Source of the DNA: an uncultured Clostridia bacterium
GTDB lineage: Bacteria; Bacillota; Clostridia; Oscillospirales; CAG-272
NCBI GenBank assembly: GCA_946404035.1
Contig: CAMJCC010000002.1
Span: 1 to 60,497 of the forward strand
Direction: 5' to 3'
DNA: 60,497 nucleotides
Each line of letters opens with the position of its first letter. Position 1 is the first letter of the stretch. The notes beneath the pieces are model-generated. The model ran no database searches and was not told where the DNA came from. It saw only the letters and a program-made list of their open reading frames with translations. Shown piece after piece: positions 27,521 through 37,257 of the stretch. A program made the position numbers and the translations under genes.

Positions 27521-28234
27521 TTATTTCTTCCGGGGGTCGATATAGGTGACCGCGTCGGCAAATCTGCCGTAGGTGCCGATCGACTTGTTATATGCGGTGG
27601 TGGGGTCGTCGCCGCGCTTGATGAAATCGGTCATCTTGCCGAGCGAAACGAACTCGTATCCGATCACCTGGTTGTCGGCGTCAAGCGCCATCCGGGTGAC
27701 GTAGCCCTCCGCCATCTCAAGGTAACGCACGCCTTTCGCCTTGGTGCCGTACATGGTACCGACCTGCGAGCGGGTCCCCTTGCCGAGGTCCTCGAGCCCC
27801 GCGCCGATGACGAGGCCGCCCTCGGAGAACGCAGACTGGGTCCGCCCGTAGACGATCTGCAAAAACAGTTCGCGCATCGCGGTGTTGATCGCGTCGCAGA
27901 CCAGGTCGGTGTTCAGCGCCTCGAGGATGGTCTTGCCGGGCAGGATCTCTGCCGCCATCGCGGCGGAGTGGGTCATACCGGAGCAACCGACGGTCTCGAC
28001 TAGCGCCTCTTCGATGATGCCCTTTTTGACGTTCAGGGTCAGTTTGCAGGCGCCCTGCTGGGGAGCGCACCAACCGATACCGTGGGTCAGACCCGAGATG
28101 TCGGTCACCTCTTTCGCCTGGACCCATTTTCCCTCTTCGGGAAGCGGGGCGGGACCGTGATCCGGACCCTTGGCGACGGTGCACATCGCGGCGACGTCGC
28201 TTGACATCGCGTATTCACACTTGCTCATGTTCAA
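27521..28234 (-). CDS. NifU/IscU-N-terminal-like iron-sulfur scaffold-like protein
   Basis: GIGWCAPQQGACKLTL...VGCSGMTHSAAMAAE pattern resembling NifU-like proteins. Adjacent to the GGGtGRT gene. Confidence 0.6.
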   Translation of the reverse strand: MNMSKCEYAMSSDVAAMCTVAKGPDHGPAPLPEEGKWVQAKEVTDISGLTHGIGWCAPQQGACKLTLNVKKGIIEEALVETVGCSGMTHSAAMAAEILPGKTILEALNTDLVCDAINTAMRELFLQIVYGRTQSAFSEGGLVIGAGLEDLGKGTRSQVGTMYGTKAKGVRYLEMAEGYVTRMALDADNQVIGYEFVSLGKMTDFIKRGDDPTTAYNKSIGTYGRFADAVTYIDPRKK

Positions 28235-28266
28235 CTCTCCTTTTCGTTTGATCCGATCCGACGGCG

Positions 28267-28827
28267 TCAGGCGATGATCTCGCCCTCGGTCGCGCCGAAC
28301 GCGGCGTTGGACTCGTCGGTATCAATGTGCATAGCGGGGGAAAACTTCGGGCTGACGCGGACCACCACGTCGTCGAAGATCAGGGGACGGAGCCCGTTGA
28401 CCTTGACTTTGACGATCTGCTTGTCCGCAAGACCGAATTCCGCGGCGGTCTCGGGGGTTAAGTGGATGTGACGCTTCGCCGCGATCACGCCCTCCGAGAT
28501 CTCGATCTCGCCGCACGGCCCGATCAGTTTGCACGCGCCGCTGCCGGCGATGTCGCCGCTCTCGCGGATGGGCGCTTTCACGCCGATGGTGCGCGCGTCG
28601 GTCAGCGAAAGTTCGACCTGATCGGCGCTCCGTTCGGGACCGAGGATGCTCGCGGAGAGCTGTCCGCGTTCACCGACGACCGTGACCTTTTCCTCGCAGG
28701 CGAACTGCCCGGGCTGGGAGAGGTCCTTTTTCTTGGTCAGCTGGTGACCGGCGCCGAACAAGATGTCGACGTCCCGGCGGGTGAGATGAACGTGACGCGC
28801 GGAGGTTTCCACAATAATCTTTGCCAT
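28267..28827 (-). CDS. pduL: Phosphate propanoyl/acetyltransferase PduL
   Basis: Duplicated PduL signature: ETSARHVHLTRRDVDILFG and IAAKRHIHLTPETAAEFG. Start at MAKIIVE with a GGAGAA RBS. Confidence 0.8.
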   Translation of the reverse strand: MAKIIVETSARHVHLTRRDVDILFGAGHQLTKKKDLSQPGQFACEEKVTVVGERGQLSASILGPERSADQVELSLTDARTIGVKAPIRESGDIAGSGACKLIGPCGEIEISEGVIAAKRHIHLTPETAAEFGLADKQIVKVKVNGLRPLIFDDVVVRVSPKFSPAMHIDTDESNAAFGATEGEIIA

Positions 28828-28993
28828 TGTTTGTTCTCCTTTATCTACTCGTATTTTTCTTCCGGCGAATATTATACCATAACGAAAGAAAAAAGTAAAT
28901 GCGCAGAAAAGATAATCTCGCGTCGGAATAAAAACAAATCTTCGGCAAAAACTATCAAAACGAAAAAAACTGACGGGCAAGGGGGATACGCGG

Positions 28994-29722
28994 ATGGGGA
29001 AGACCGAAAACGGGGAGACCGAAAAGAAAAGCGGGCAAAAGGAGCAAAGCGACCTTCTGCCGGGGGGCGGAGGGGTCGCGGCGGAGAACGGGCGCGAGTG
29101 TTTCTACTGCCTGAACGTGATCGGGCAGATCGAGGGGCATTACGTCCAGGAAAGCAACCAGAAGACCACAAAATACGAGCATCTGATCCCGCTGCTCTTC
29201 GCCCTGGAGGAGGACGAGCGGATCGACGGGATCCTGATCCTGCTCAACACGATGGGCGGGGACGTCGAGGCGGGGCTCGCCATCTCGGAGGTGATCGCCT
29301 CGCTCGACAAGCCGACCGTTTCGGTGGTGCTGGGCGGCGGACATTCCATCGGCGTCCCGCTCGCCGTGTCGGCGAAACGGTCGTTCATCGTCCCCTCCGC
29401 CACCATGACCGTCCATCCCGTCCGCACGACCGGAACGGTCATCTCGGCGCCGCAGAGTTTCGAGTATCTTCGCGATATGCAGGAGCGGATCGTCCGGTTC
29501 GTCGTCGAGCATTCGCGGGTCGAGCGCGCCCGCTTCGAGGAGGTCATGATGCGCACCGACCAGATGGCGAACGACATCGGCTCGGTCCTGGACGGCGAGG
29601 CGGCGGTCGCCTGCGGTCTGATCGACGGGATCGGCGGGATCCGGGAGGCGCTTGCCGCCCTGCGCGAGATGGCGGGGATCCCCGCGCCGCCGCCCCGGCG
29701 CGATCACTCTCCGACCGCCTGA
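28994..29722 (+). CDS. ClpP-family / TepA-like (translocation-enhancing) protein
   Basis: ILILLNTMGGDVEAGLAISEVI...VVLGGGHSIGVPLAV...ATMTVHPV, a ClpP/crotonase-fold TepA-like pattern. Confidence 0.7.
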   Translation: MGKTENGETEKKSGQKEQSDLLPGGGGVAAENGRECFYCLNVIGQIEGHYVQESNQKTTKYEHLIPLLFALEEDERIDGILILLNTMGGDVEAGLAISEVIASLDKPTVSVVLGGGHSIGVPLAVSAKRSFIVPSATMTVHPVRTTGTVISAPQSFEYLRDMQERIVRFVVEHSRVERARFEEVMMRTDQMANDIGSVLDGEAAVACGLIDGIGGIREALAALREMAGIPAPPPRRDHSPTA

Positions 29723-29793
29723 TCATCCTGTCACGCAACGAGTGACAAAAAGGAAAAAGGTAAACGGATAAATAACAACGGAAGAAAACGCAC

Positions 29794-29839
29794 AATAAGG
29801 TCTGTGATTTGGAAAATCGCGGACCTTATTTCTTTTTTC
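29794..29839 (+). terminator. Weak hairpin plus T-run after the tepA-like gene
   Basis: aataaggtc ... gaccttatt (large loop) followed by tcttttttc. Confidence 0.4.
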
Positions 29840-29843
29840 GGCG

Positions 29844-29852
29844 TGCTATAAT
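29844..29852 (+). promoter_or_regulatory. Extended -10 promoter (TGcTATAAT) ahead of the phage-like block
   Basis: TGCTATAAT read directly. There is no good -35. It is followed immediately by a GTCACGC-N12-GCGTGAC inverted repeat. Confidence 0.5.
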
Positions 29853-29993
29853 AGTCACGCAACAGGTGAAAAGCGTGACGCCTGACGCATCGATCGCCGC
29901 CGCAGGACACGGCAGGTACAGACCGCTTTGGTTTCTTTTGGACCGGGTAGTCGGCGGGGCGATCCCAAAAAAGACGAGGGGAGGGGAAACGGG

Positions 29994-30368
29994 ATGACCG
30001 AGGAGCCGGGGATCGGCGCGACGTGTCCCGCCGACGCACCGGAGCGGCTGATCCGCTATTTCCGGGAGAGCGCCGCCGGGGGAGAGCTGCCCACCTTTTC
30101 GGGTGCGGCGGAGTTGCTCGGGGTCGACGTTGCGACGCTCGGGGAGTGGAAAGAAAACGATCCGGCGTTTGCCCGCGCCTACGCGGAGTGCCGCGCGGTC
30201 CTTGCCGACCATCTGCTCCGGCAGGGGCTGCAGAAACGCTACGACGCCTCGCTCGTCAAATTCCTGCTCCCCTCTTTCGGGGTGGGGACCGACGGGGACG
30301 AGGGACCCGACGAACTCTCGGTGAAGATCGAGGTCCTCGAGGGAGGGATCCCGAAAAATGCCGTCTGA
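29994..30368 (+). CDS. Putative terminase small subunit (HTH)
   Basis: Position immediately upstream of and overlapping terL. The ...FSGAAELLGVDVATLGEWKENDPAFARAY... pattern is typical of small terminases. Confidence 0.6.
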   Translation: MTEEPGIGATCPADAPERLIRYFRESAAGGELPTFSGAAELLGVDVATLGEWKENDPAFARAYAECRAVLADHLLRQGLQKRYDASLVKFLLPSFGVGTDGDEGPDELSVKIEVLEGGIPKNAV

Positions 30369-31734
30369 GGGCGTCCGTTTCAAGGTGACGCCGCGGCAGA
30401 GGGCGTTCATTGCGGCGCCCGAGCGGGAGGTCCTGTTCGGCGGGGCGGCGGGGGGAGGCAAGTCGTTCGGGCAACTGATCGACGCCTTCCTCTACGCGCT
30501 GAAATACCCGCGTTCCAAACAGCTGATCCTGCGCCGTACCTACCCCGAACTCGAAAAGTCGCTCATCCGGGTCAGCCAGGCGATCTTCCCCCGTTCGGTC
30601 TATACCTACAACGGGAGCAGCCACGTCGGGCGCTTCAAAAACGGCTCGCTGATCGACTTCGGTTATTCGGCGAGCGAGGCGGACGTCTTTCAGTACCAAT
30701 CGGCGGAATACGACGTCATCCGCTTTGACGAACTGACCCACTTTACCGAGTTCCAGTACGTCTATATGCTCTCCCGGCTCCGGGGGGTCAACGGCTACCC
30801 GAAGCAGATCAAGGCGAGCACCAATCCGGGCGGGATCGGTCACGCTTGGGTGAAGGAACGGTTCGTCGATCCCTCGCCCCCCGATACGTCCTTTATCGGC
30901 GAGGACGGGGGAAGCCGGATCTTCCTCCCCGCCAAGATCGACGACAATCCCTTTCTCACTCGGGCGGACCCCGCGTACAGGGAGCGCCTCCTCGCTCTGC
31001 CGGAGGATCAGAAACGCGCGCTCCTCTACGGGGACTGGAACCTGCTGGAGGGCAGGTTCTTCCGGGAGTTCCGCTATGATCTGCACACCGCGGATCCATT
31101 CCCGATCCCGGCGCATTGGCGGAAATACCGGACACTCGACTACGGACTTGACCGGCTCGCCTGTCTTTGGGCGGCACTCGATCCCGACGGCAACGTCTGG
31201 ATCTATCGGGAGGTCTGCCGCTCCGATCTCATCATCTCGGACGCCGCCCGCGCCATCCTCTCGGCGGAGGGAGAGGGGGAGAGGATCTACGCGACCCTCT
31301 CGCCCCCGGACCTCTTCGCCCGGAGCCAGGAGAGCGGACGCTCGCGCGCCCTGCTTTTCGCGGAGTACGGCGTGCATCTGACCAAGACCGAAAACGATCG
31401 GGAAACGGGCTGGCTCGCGGTCAAGGAACTGTTGAAAGAGGAGGGGGACCGTCCGCCCCGGCTCCGGATCTTCCGGACCTGTACCGAACTGATCCGGTGC
31501 CTTTCCATGATCGAGTGCGATCCGGCGCGACCGGGGGACGTGCGGAGCGAACCTCATCGCCTGACCCACGCCCCCGACGCGCTCCGGGGCTTCGCGATCT
31601 ATTACGCGCGCCCCGATCCGGCGGAGGAGCGCGTCCGGCAACGGCGCTGGACGCCCGATCAGTGGGAGGACTACGAAAACGCCGACCCGGCGGGGCGGGA
31701 ATACCTGCTTCGCCGGTACGGCAGACCCGAGTAA
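30358..31734 (+). CDS. Terminase large subunit
   Basis: Walker A FGGAAGGGKSF, Walker B/coupling VIRFDELTHF, and a C-terminal nuclease-like region. 458 aa. Confidence 0.88.
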   Translation: MPSEGVRFKVTPRQRAFIAAPEREVLFGGAAGGGKSFGQLIDAFLYALKYPRSKQLILRRTYPELEKSLIRVSQAIFPRSVYTYNGSSHVGRFKNGSLIDFGYSASEADVFQYQSAEYDVIRFDELTHFTEFQYVYMLSRLRGVNGYPKQIKASTNPGGIGHAWVKERFVDPSPPDTSFIGEDGGSRIFLPAKIDDNPFLTRADPAYRERLLALPEDQKRALLYGDWNLLEGRFFREFRYDLHTADPFPIPAHWRKYRTLDYGLDRLACLWAALDPDGNVWIYREVCRSDLIISDAARAILSAEGEGERIYATLSPPDLFARSQESGRSRALLFAEYGVHLTKTENDRETGWLAVKELLKEEGDRPPRLRIFRTCTELIRCLSMIECDPARPGDVRSEPHRLTHAPDALRGFAIYYARPDPAEERVRQRRWTPDQWEDYENADPAGREYLLRRYGRPE

Positions 31735-31755
31735 AAAGCAAAGGAGAATACGAAT

Positions 31756-33528
31756 TTGAAAATTGAGGAAGGCGTTTCCCGGCTCTCCTTTTTCTCCTCG
31801 CTCTACGAGGAGGCGAAGGAACGGCTCTCCGGGATCGGCGAGGCGCTCGAAAGACACGAAATGCAGTACCGGGGCGACGACAGGATCGACGGCTCGGCGG
31901 AGCGGGCGAGCGCCGTCCGGAACATCACCTACGAGATCGTCGAGAGCCAGGTGTCCTCCGATATCCCGCAGCCGAAAGTCACGGCGGCAAAGTACAGCGA
32001 GGAGCGCGAACGGCTCGCCCACGCGATCGAGCGGCTCTGCGTTTCGGTGCGGGACGAGCTGCCGTTCGAGGAAATGAACGACCTGGACGAACGCTTCACC
32101 TACGTCTACGGCGGGAGCGTGTGGCTGGTCGAATGGGAGGAGGACGAAAGGGGACGCGGCGGCGTCCGCGTCGAGTGCATCTCCCCCCGCGATTTCTTCC
32201 CGCAGCCCGAACTTTGCCGCATCGAGGATATGGAATACTGCTTCTTCCGTTTCGACACGACCCGCGAGGAGATCTGCCGCCGCTACGGCATCAGTCCCGA
32301 GGTCGCGCGCGAGGCGGAACGCGAGGGGTCGTCCGAGGGGATCGGCGAGACCGTGACCGTCGTGGTCTGCTACTACCGCGGCGAGGACGGCGAGATCTGC
32401 CGCTTCGCCTTTTCGGGCGACGCGGTGCTCGAGGACGCCGTCGGCTACTTCCGGCGGAGGATCGGGGACCGGCACGCCGACGCCGAGCGCGTTTCGCGAC
32501 CGGTTCCCCTGACGTCGGGGGACGAGATCCGCCCCGTCACGGCGTACCTGCGAGAGGACGGGAGCGTCGGGCGCGTCCCGACCGTGCTCCCGTACTACGA
32601 GATCCGGGAGTTCCCGATCGTCATCCGGCGGAACACCGCCGCCGAACGCCGCCTGCTCGGTCAGTCGGATTGCGGTTTTATCCGCCCGCAGCAGCAGGCG
32701 ATCAACAAGGTCGAGTCCCGCATCCTGCAAAAGCTGATGCGCGGGTCGGTCACTCCCATCGTTCCCGAGGACGCGCAGATCTCGGTCAACAACAGCGTCT
32801 TCGGTCAGGTGATCCGTCTCCGACCCGGCGAAAGTGCCGCGCAATATGGAAAAGTTGACACCACCCCCGATATCTCGCGCGACGTTCTGGAGGCCGAGCG
32901 GCTCTACGATCAGGCAAAGCGGATCGTGGGCATCTCGGACACCTATCAGGGGATGGATACCAACGTCGGCAATATCTCCGGGGTCGCAAGACAGCTCCAG
33001 GTCTCGCAGACGGCGGGACGGCTGGAGAGCAAGCGGCGGATGAAGAACGCCGCCTACGCGAAACTCGACCGGCTGATCTTTCTCTACTACCTCTCCTACG
33101 CCGACGAGGCGCGCGATCTGAGTTACCTCGACGCGTGGGGAAGGGAACAAAACGTCAGTTTCAACCGCTACGATTTCTACCGTTTCGATCCCGCGCGCGG
33201 CGTCTGGTGCGTGGACGACCGCTTCCTCTTCTCCGCCGATCTCGGACAGGGGGCGCAGGTCGGGCGCGAGGCGCTCTGGGAGCGCAACCTCGCCAATTTG
33301 CGGGCGGGAACGCTCGGCGACCCGACCGACCCCGGCACGCTGCTCCGCTACTGGCAGCAGCAGGAGAGGGCGCACTACCCGTTCGCACGGGATCAGGTCG
33401 AATACTTCCGGGGTTTTACGAAAGGAAAGGAGGTGGAACGGGATGAGCGTCAGATCGCTCCTTTCGACGATCTTCGGGTCGAGCCGGAAAACGACGACGG
33501 CGTCGACCGACCTGAGCAAGCGTCTTGA
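31756..33528 (+). CDS. Putative portal protein
   Basis: 590 aa, directly after terL (synteny and size). TTG start after AAGGAGAA. Confidence 0.6.
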   Translation: MKIEEGVSRLSFFSSLYEEAKERLSGIGEALERHEMQYRGDDRIDGSAERASAVRNITYEIVESQVSSDIPQPKVTAAKYSEERERLAHAIERLCVSVRDELPFEEMNDLDERFTYVYGGSVWLVEWEEDERGRGGVRVECISPRDFFPQPELCRIEDMEYCFFRFDTTREEICRRYGISPEVAREAEREGSSEGIGETVTVVVCYYRGEDGEICRFAFSGDAVLEDAVGYFRRRIGDRHADAERVSRPVPLTSGDEIRPVTAYLREDGSVGRVPTVLPYYEIREFPIVIRRNTAAERRLLGQSDCGFIRPQQQAINKVESRILQKLMRGSVTPIVPEDAQISVNNSVFGQVIRLRPGESAAQYGKVDTTPDISRDVLEAERLYDQAKRIVGISDTYQGMDTNVGNISGVARQLQVSQTAGRLESKRRMKNAAYAKLDRLIFLYYLSYADEARDLSYLDAWGREQNVSFNRYDFYRFDPARGVWCVDDRFLFSADLGQGAQVGREALWERNLANLRAGTLGDPTDPGTLLRYWQQQERAHYPFARDQVEYFRGFTKGKEVERDERQIAPFDDLRVEPENDDGVDRPEQAS

Positions 33529-34168
33529 GGGGAAAAACCGCTCGCTCACCTACGGCGAGTGGGTCAGCCGGTACGGCGAAAACGAAACCGGCGACAAACT
33601 GAAAAGCGCCCGCACGAAACTGGCGAAAAGCGACCCCGATTACGGCGCGGCGGCGGAAACGCTCTCCGACCGGGGACTATCCGAAACGGGGTACGCGAGC
33701 TATCTGCGCGAGCGGAACAAAGCGGCGTACCGCGCCGCAAAAGAGAAAGCGGACGCAGCGGGCGAAGAGCGCGCGAAAAACGACCGCAGCGGGTATCTTT
33801 CCTACCTTGAAAACTGGGAGGCGGAGCAGGACAGATTGATGCAGAAGACCCTGACCGCCTTATCCGAGAGCAAGACGTCCGGGATAGACGCCGCCTACGC
33901 CGACGCGCTCTCCGCGGGGCTTACCGACGAGAGGGCAAGGATCGTGTCCCGGCTCGCCCCCTCGGTCGCACGGTACGGGATGCGTCGGCTCCGCGAGGGG
34001 GTCGCGGGGGTCCTCTACGTCAGCGTGACGGCGGGGCTCTCGGGCGCCGAAGCGGAACTGTTGGCGCGCGCCTGCGGGATCTCGCGGGCGGACGCCGAAA
34101 AACTGCGGCAAACGGTCGACACGTCGTTCACGGGCAAAACCGTCGTCGGCACGGACCGTTGGGAATGA
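33443..34168 (+). CDS. Phage-like hypothetical protein (head-morphogenesis position)
   Basis: Strong RBS AAGGAGGTGG before the ATG. It overlaps the portal 3' end by 86 nt. Confidence 0.55.
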   Translation: MSVRSLLSTIFGSSRKTTTASTDLSKRLEGKNRSLTYGEWVSRYGENETGDKLKSARTKLAKSDPDYGAAAETLSDRGLSETGYASYLRERNKAAYRAAKEKADAAGEERAKNDRSGYLSYLENWEAEQDRLMQKTLTALSESKTSGIDAAYADALSAGLTDERARIVSRLAPSVARYGMRRLREGVAGVLYVSVTAGLSGAEAELLARACGISRADAEKLRQTVDTSFTGKTVVGTDRWE

Positions 34169-34198
34169 TCCGAATAGAAAACGAGGGGAGGTGATCGG

Positions 34199-34333
34199 AT
34201 GAAGAACGGGAACACGGAACAGAAAAAGAACCCCTACGCCACCAACCGCGGCGGGAGGATCCAGGCGCCGAACGTCGAACGCGAAAAGCCGACGGCGACG
34301 GTGATCCGCCCCGCGGGCGACGGCAGAGCGTAA
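34199..34333 (+). CDS. Small basic hypothetical protein (44 aa)
   Basis: GAGGGGAGGTGA RBS plus ATG. Reads MKNGNTEQKKNPYATNRGGRIQ... Below the ORF-track length cutoff. Confidence 0.35.
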   Translation: MKNGNTEQKKNPYATNRGGRIQAPNVEREKPTATVIRPAGDGRA

Positions 34334-34357
34334 ACCAAGCGACGAAAGGAAAACGAC

Positions 34358-34855
34358 ATGAACGAAAACGAAACCAAACGGGAGCCCGAGGAAACCGCGC
34401 TCCCCGCGACGCCGGAAGAGGTCCCCGCGCAAGCACAGGCGAGCGCGACCGACGAGGCACCGGGCGACCCCGCGCCGAAAGACCCCGCCGAAGCGGAGGA
34501 CGACGAGATCTACCGCAAGCAGGCGGAGGAGGACCTCGCCGCCCTGATCCGGCTGGATCCCGAGGCGGCGAACTACCGCCATCTCGGGGAGATGCCCGGG
34601 GCGCTCCGCTTTGCCGAACTCCGGGGGCTGGGGCTCTCGGTCGAGGAGGCGTATTACGCCGTCCGGGGCTCTTTCGGTGAAAAATCCTCCCCCGACCGGG
34701 GCGGACGGGCGCACCTGCACGGTTCGGTGCCGGGACGCGCCGCGGCGGGCGGCATCGGGATGACCGTCGGCGAGATCGAGCAAGCCAGGCGGCTTTTCCC
34801 GGGTCTTCCCGACCGCGAGATCGCGTCGCTGTGGCGCCGCGTGAACGAAAACTGA
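34358..34855 (+). CDS. Putative scaffolding-like protein (acidic N-terminus)
   Basis: Position before the capsid gene. Low-complexity acidic, Pro/Ala/Glu-rich N-terminus. Confidence 0.45.
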   Translation: MNENETKREPEETALPATPEEVPAQAQASATDEAPGDPAPKDPAEAEDDEIYRKQAEEDLAALIRLDPEAANYRHLGEMPGALRFAELRGLGLSVEEAYYAVRGSFGEKSSPDRGGRAHLHGSVPGRAAAGGIGMTVGEIEQARRLFPGLPDREIASLWRRVNEN

Positions 34856-34880
34856 AAAACCAAGAAAGGACAGAGAAAGC

Positions 34881-35294
34881 ATGTACAAACTCGTAAAGAT
34901 CCTCTCAGGACGGGGCAACGAAGCGGAGAGCCGCACCGTTACGGTGACGGCGCTCTCGGCGGCGATCGCCGCCGGCACTCCCGTCAACATCGCGGCGGGG
35001 GTCGTGACCCCCCTGACCAACTCCACCACCGTCCTCGCGACCCATATCGTCGAGCGGGCGGCGGCGTCCGGGGCGACCTCGGTCTTGGTGACCGACCTGC
35101 TTCCCGGGATGGTGTTCGAAGCGCCGCTGACCGCCGCCATCGGTTCGATGAAGGTCGGCGGGGAATACAAGATCTCCGCGTCGGGCGTTTCGGCGACCGC
35201 GGTCGCCAGCTCGGTGCGCGGCGCCATCCTCTTCGATCCCGCCGGGGCGGCGGCGTCGGGGGACAAGGTCCTCGTGACCTTCCCGCTCGCCTGA
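34881..35294 (+). CDS. Phage-like hypothetical protein (head-decoration position)
   Basis: 137 aa, Ala/Ser/Thr/Val-rich, immediately upstream of the capsid gene. Confidence 0.45.
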   Translation: MYKLVKILSGRGNEAESRTVTVTALSAAIAAGTPVNIAAGVVTPLTNSTTVLATHIVERAAASGATSVLVTDLLPGMVFEAPLTAAIGSMKVGGEYKISASGVSATAVASSVRGAILFDPAGAAASGDKVLVTFPLA

Positions 35295-35323
35295 ACCGAA
35301 TTTGACAGAAAGGAAAGAAACGA

Positions 35324-36388
35324 ATGTCGATCGTATACGCGAAATCTTCGGGTCTGGTGAACGCCCAGATCGGGAAACTCGAGACCCCGATCAAAATGAT
35401 CATCGAGCACGAGTCGGACAACCTCACCAAGCAGGGGGGCGTCCGCGACTGGCTCTTCAACGTTGAAAGCTCCGACCGGTTCGGAGAGACCGTCGTCGGT
35501 CAGAACGAGTTCGGCGTCTTCACCTCGGTCGAGGAGGGCGCCGGCGCCGAGAACGACGATATGGCGGAGACCTACAAGAAGTTCATCGAACACATCCAGT
35601 TCATGAAGGAGTTCACCGTCACCGCCGAGATGATGGAGGACGCCCGCTACGGGGTCGCCGCCGACGCCAAGCGCCGCGCCGAGAACTTTACCCGCGCCTA
35701 CTTCAAGACGCAGAACAAGATCTGCGAGTACGCGCTCGCCAACGGCACGGCGTCGTCCGGCACCTTTGCGAAAGCGAAACTCGACCTGACCACCCCCGAC
35801 GGCTACCCGCTGTTCAGCTCCTCGCACGTGTGGGGCGGTCAGCGCGCGTCGGGCACGCAGGCGAACTACTTTTACGGCGACGTCTTCAACTACACCGACG
35901 CCAACTCCAACCGCGTCGCCTCGACTGCGGTCTTCGAGGAGGCGCTCGCCTCCCTTGCCGTGAAGCTCCGCAATATGAAAGACGAGAACGGCGAACCCCT
36001 CGGCTACACCGCCGACACCCTGATCCTGCCCGGCAACCGTCCCGCCGCCGAAATGATCGCCAAGAAGGTCTGCGGCTCCGACGGCGCGCTCGGCAACGGC
36101 TACAACGACATCAACCTGCACTACGGGAACTGGAACGTCGTGATCCTGCCCGGCTGGCAGACGTCCGACGACCGCTGCATGATCATGTCGAGCGAGGCGA
36201 ACAAGAACCTGGCGGGCAACCTCTTCTTCAACCGGATCCCCCTGACCGTCACCAACTGGGTGGACAACCACACCGGCAACTATATCTGGAACGGCAGATG
36301 CCGCTTCGGGGTCGGGTTCGGCACCTACAAGCACATCCTGCTCGCCGTCGACAGCGCGAGCTCGGTCTCGGGAGCGACCGCGATATGA
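35324..36388 (+). CDS. Putative major capsid protein
   Basis: 354 aa in the canonical position after scaffold-like genes. GAAAGGAAAG RBS. Confidence 0.6.
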   Translation: MSIVYAKSSGLVNAQIGKLETPIKMIIEHESDNLTKQGGVRDWLFNVESSDRFGETVVGQNEFGVFTSVEEGAGAENDDMAETYKKFIEHIQFMKEFTVTAEMMEDARYGVAADAKRRAENFTRAYFKTQNKICEYALANGTASSGTFAKAKLDLTTPDGYPLFSSSHVWGGQRASGTQANYFYGDVFNYTDANSNRVASTAVFEEALASLAVKLRNMKDENGEPLGYTADTLILPGNRPAAEMIAKKVCGSDGALGNGYNDINLHYGNWNVVILPGWQTSDDRCMIMSSEANKNLAGNLFFNRIPLTVTNWVDNHTGNYIWNGRCRFGVGFGTYKHILLAVDSASSVSGATAI

Positions 36389-37245
36389 CGGTCGGGGAGT
36401 TGCAGGCGGAGGTCGCCTATCTCGGATTTGAGACCCGGCTGAACGACGAGCCGATCCGCCGCGGGTTCATCCCGGCGCTCAACCGCGGGATCGCGGAACT
36501 CGACGTATTTCTGCCGCGGACGGCGCGCGTCACCTTTTACCACCGTCCCCCCGCCGATCTGCTCCCCTCTTTCTCCCCGATCCGGAAAAGCCCGGGGGAG
36601 ATCGTCACGGTCTCCCTCCCGGACACGACCCGGTCGTTTTCCGCCCGGGTCTCGGGGTCGGGGACCCTGACCCTCCGGGACGGATCCGGGGACGCGAGTT
36701 TCCCCTTTTCGACCGGGCGACGGACGGCGACCTTTTGCCGCGGGGTCACGGGGAGCGGCACGCTCTGTCTTTCGGGCGACGGGGAGTGCGACCTGCTTTC
36801 GGTGCGCGCCCTCGATCACGACGCCGCCGACGGGCTGTTTGACGAAACGGGGATGCTCGCCTACCGCGTGCGCGACGCGCGGCCGGACTTCGGGTCGTTC
36901 GCGCCCCCGTTCGTCGAGTATCGCGGCGCGCCCTACGCCGGAGAATACCGGACGGCGGACGGGATGCTCCTGCTTCCGGCGACGGCGCCGGAGGGGGAGT
37001 ACACGGCGGTGATCCGGCTCCTGCCTCCCCGGCTCTCGGAGGAGGACGGGAGCGACGCCGAGATCCCGCTCGACGGCTCGCTTATCGCGATGCTCCCCGA
37101 GCTGATCGCCTCGTTCCTCTGGCTTGACGACGCGCCCGACAAGGCGCGGTTCTACTACGAAGCGTACCTGCGCAAAAACGCCGCGTTCCGCGCCTCGCAC
37201 AGACGCCCGGACCGCGACCTCTCGGTGCGCGGGAACGGCTGGTAA
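36385..37245 (+). CDS. Phage-like hypothetical protein (head-tail connector position)
   Basis: ATGA start/stop overlap with the capsid gene. The remainder of track ORF 35830-37245 upstream of this ATG is an alternate frame inside the capsid gene. Confidence 0.55.
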   Translation: MTVGELQAEVAYLGFETRLNDEPIRRGFIPALNRGIAELDVFLPRTARVTFYHRPPADLLPSFSPIRKSPGEIVTVSLPDTTRSFSARVSGSGTLTLRDGSGDASFPFSTGRRTATFCRGVTGSGTLCLSGDGECDLLSVRALDHDAADGLFDETGMLAYRVRDARPDFGSFAPPFVEYRGAPYAGEYRTADGMLLLPATAPEGEYTAVIRLLPPRLSEEDGSDAEIPLDGSLIAMLPELIASFLWLDDAPDKARFYYEAYLRKNAAFRASHRRPDRDLSVRGNGW

Positions 37246-37257
37246 GGGGGTGGTCGG

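Noticed and set aside
29723-29993. attL/attR direct repeats or an integrase for the phage-like block.
   Set aside because: I compared the left junction (29723-29993) with the right junction (44666-44756) by eye. I found no shared direct repeat of 10 nt or more, no tRNA and no recombinase ORF. A proper repeat search is still needed.
30256-33549. 1,097-aa ORF antisense to terL and portal. Similar antisense ORFs lie at 33860-36334, 36325-37953, 38086-40278 and 43724-44941.
   Set aside because: These show the same GC-driven artefact signature. The sense strand carries recognisable terminase motifs and coupled gene starts.
35830-36384. First 185 codons of track ORF 35830-37245.
   Set aside because: This is an alternate frame inside the capsid gene, Arg/Gln/Pro-rich. 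The real gene starts at ATG 36385, overlapping the capsid stop codon.
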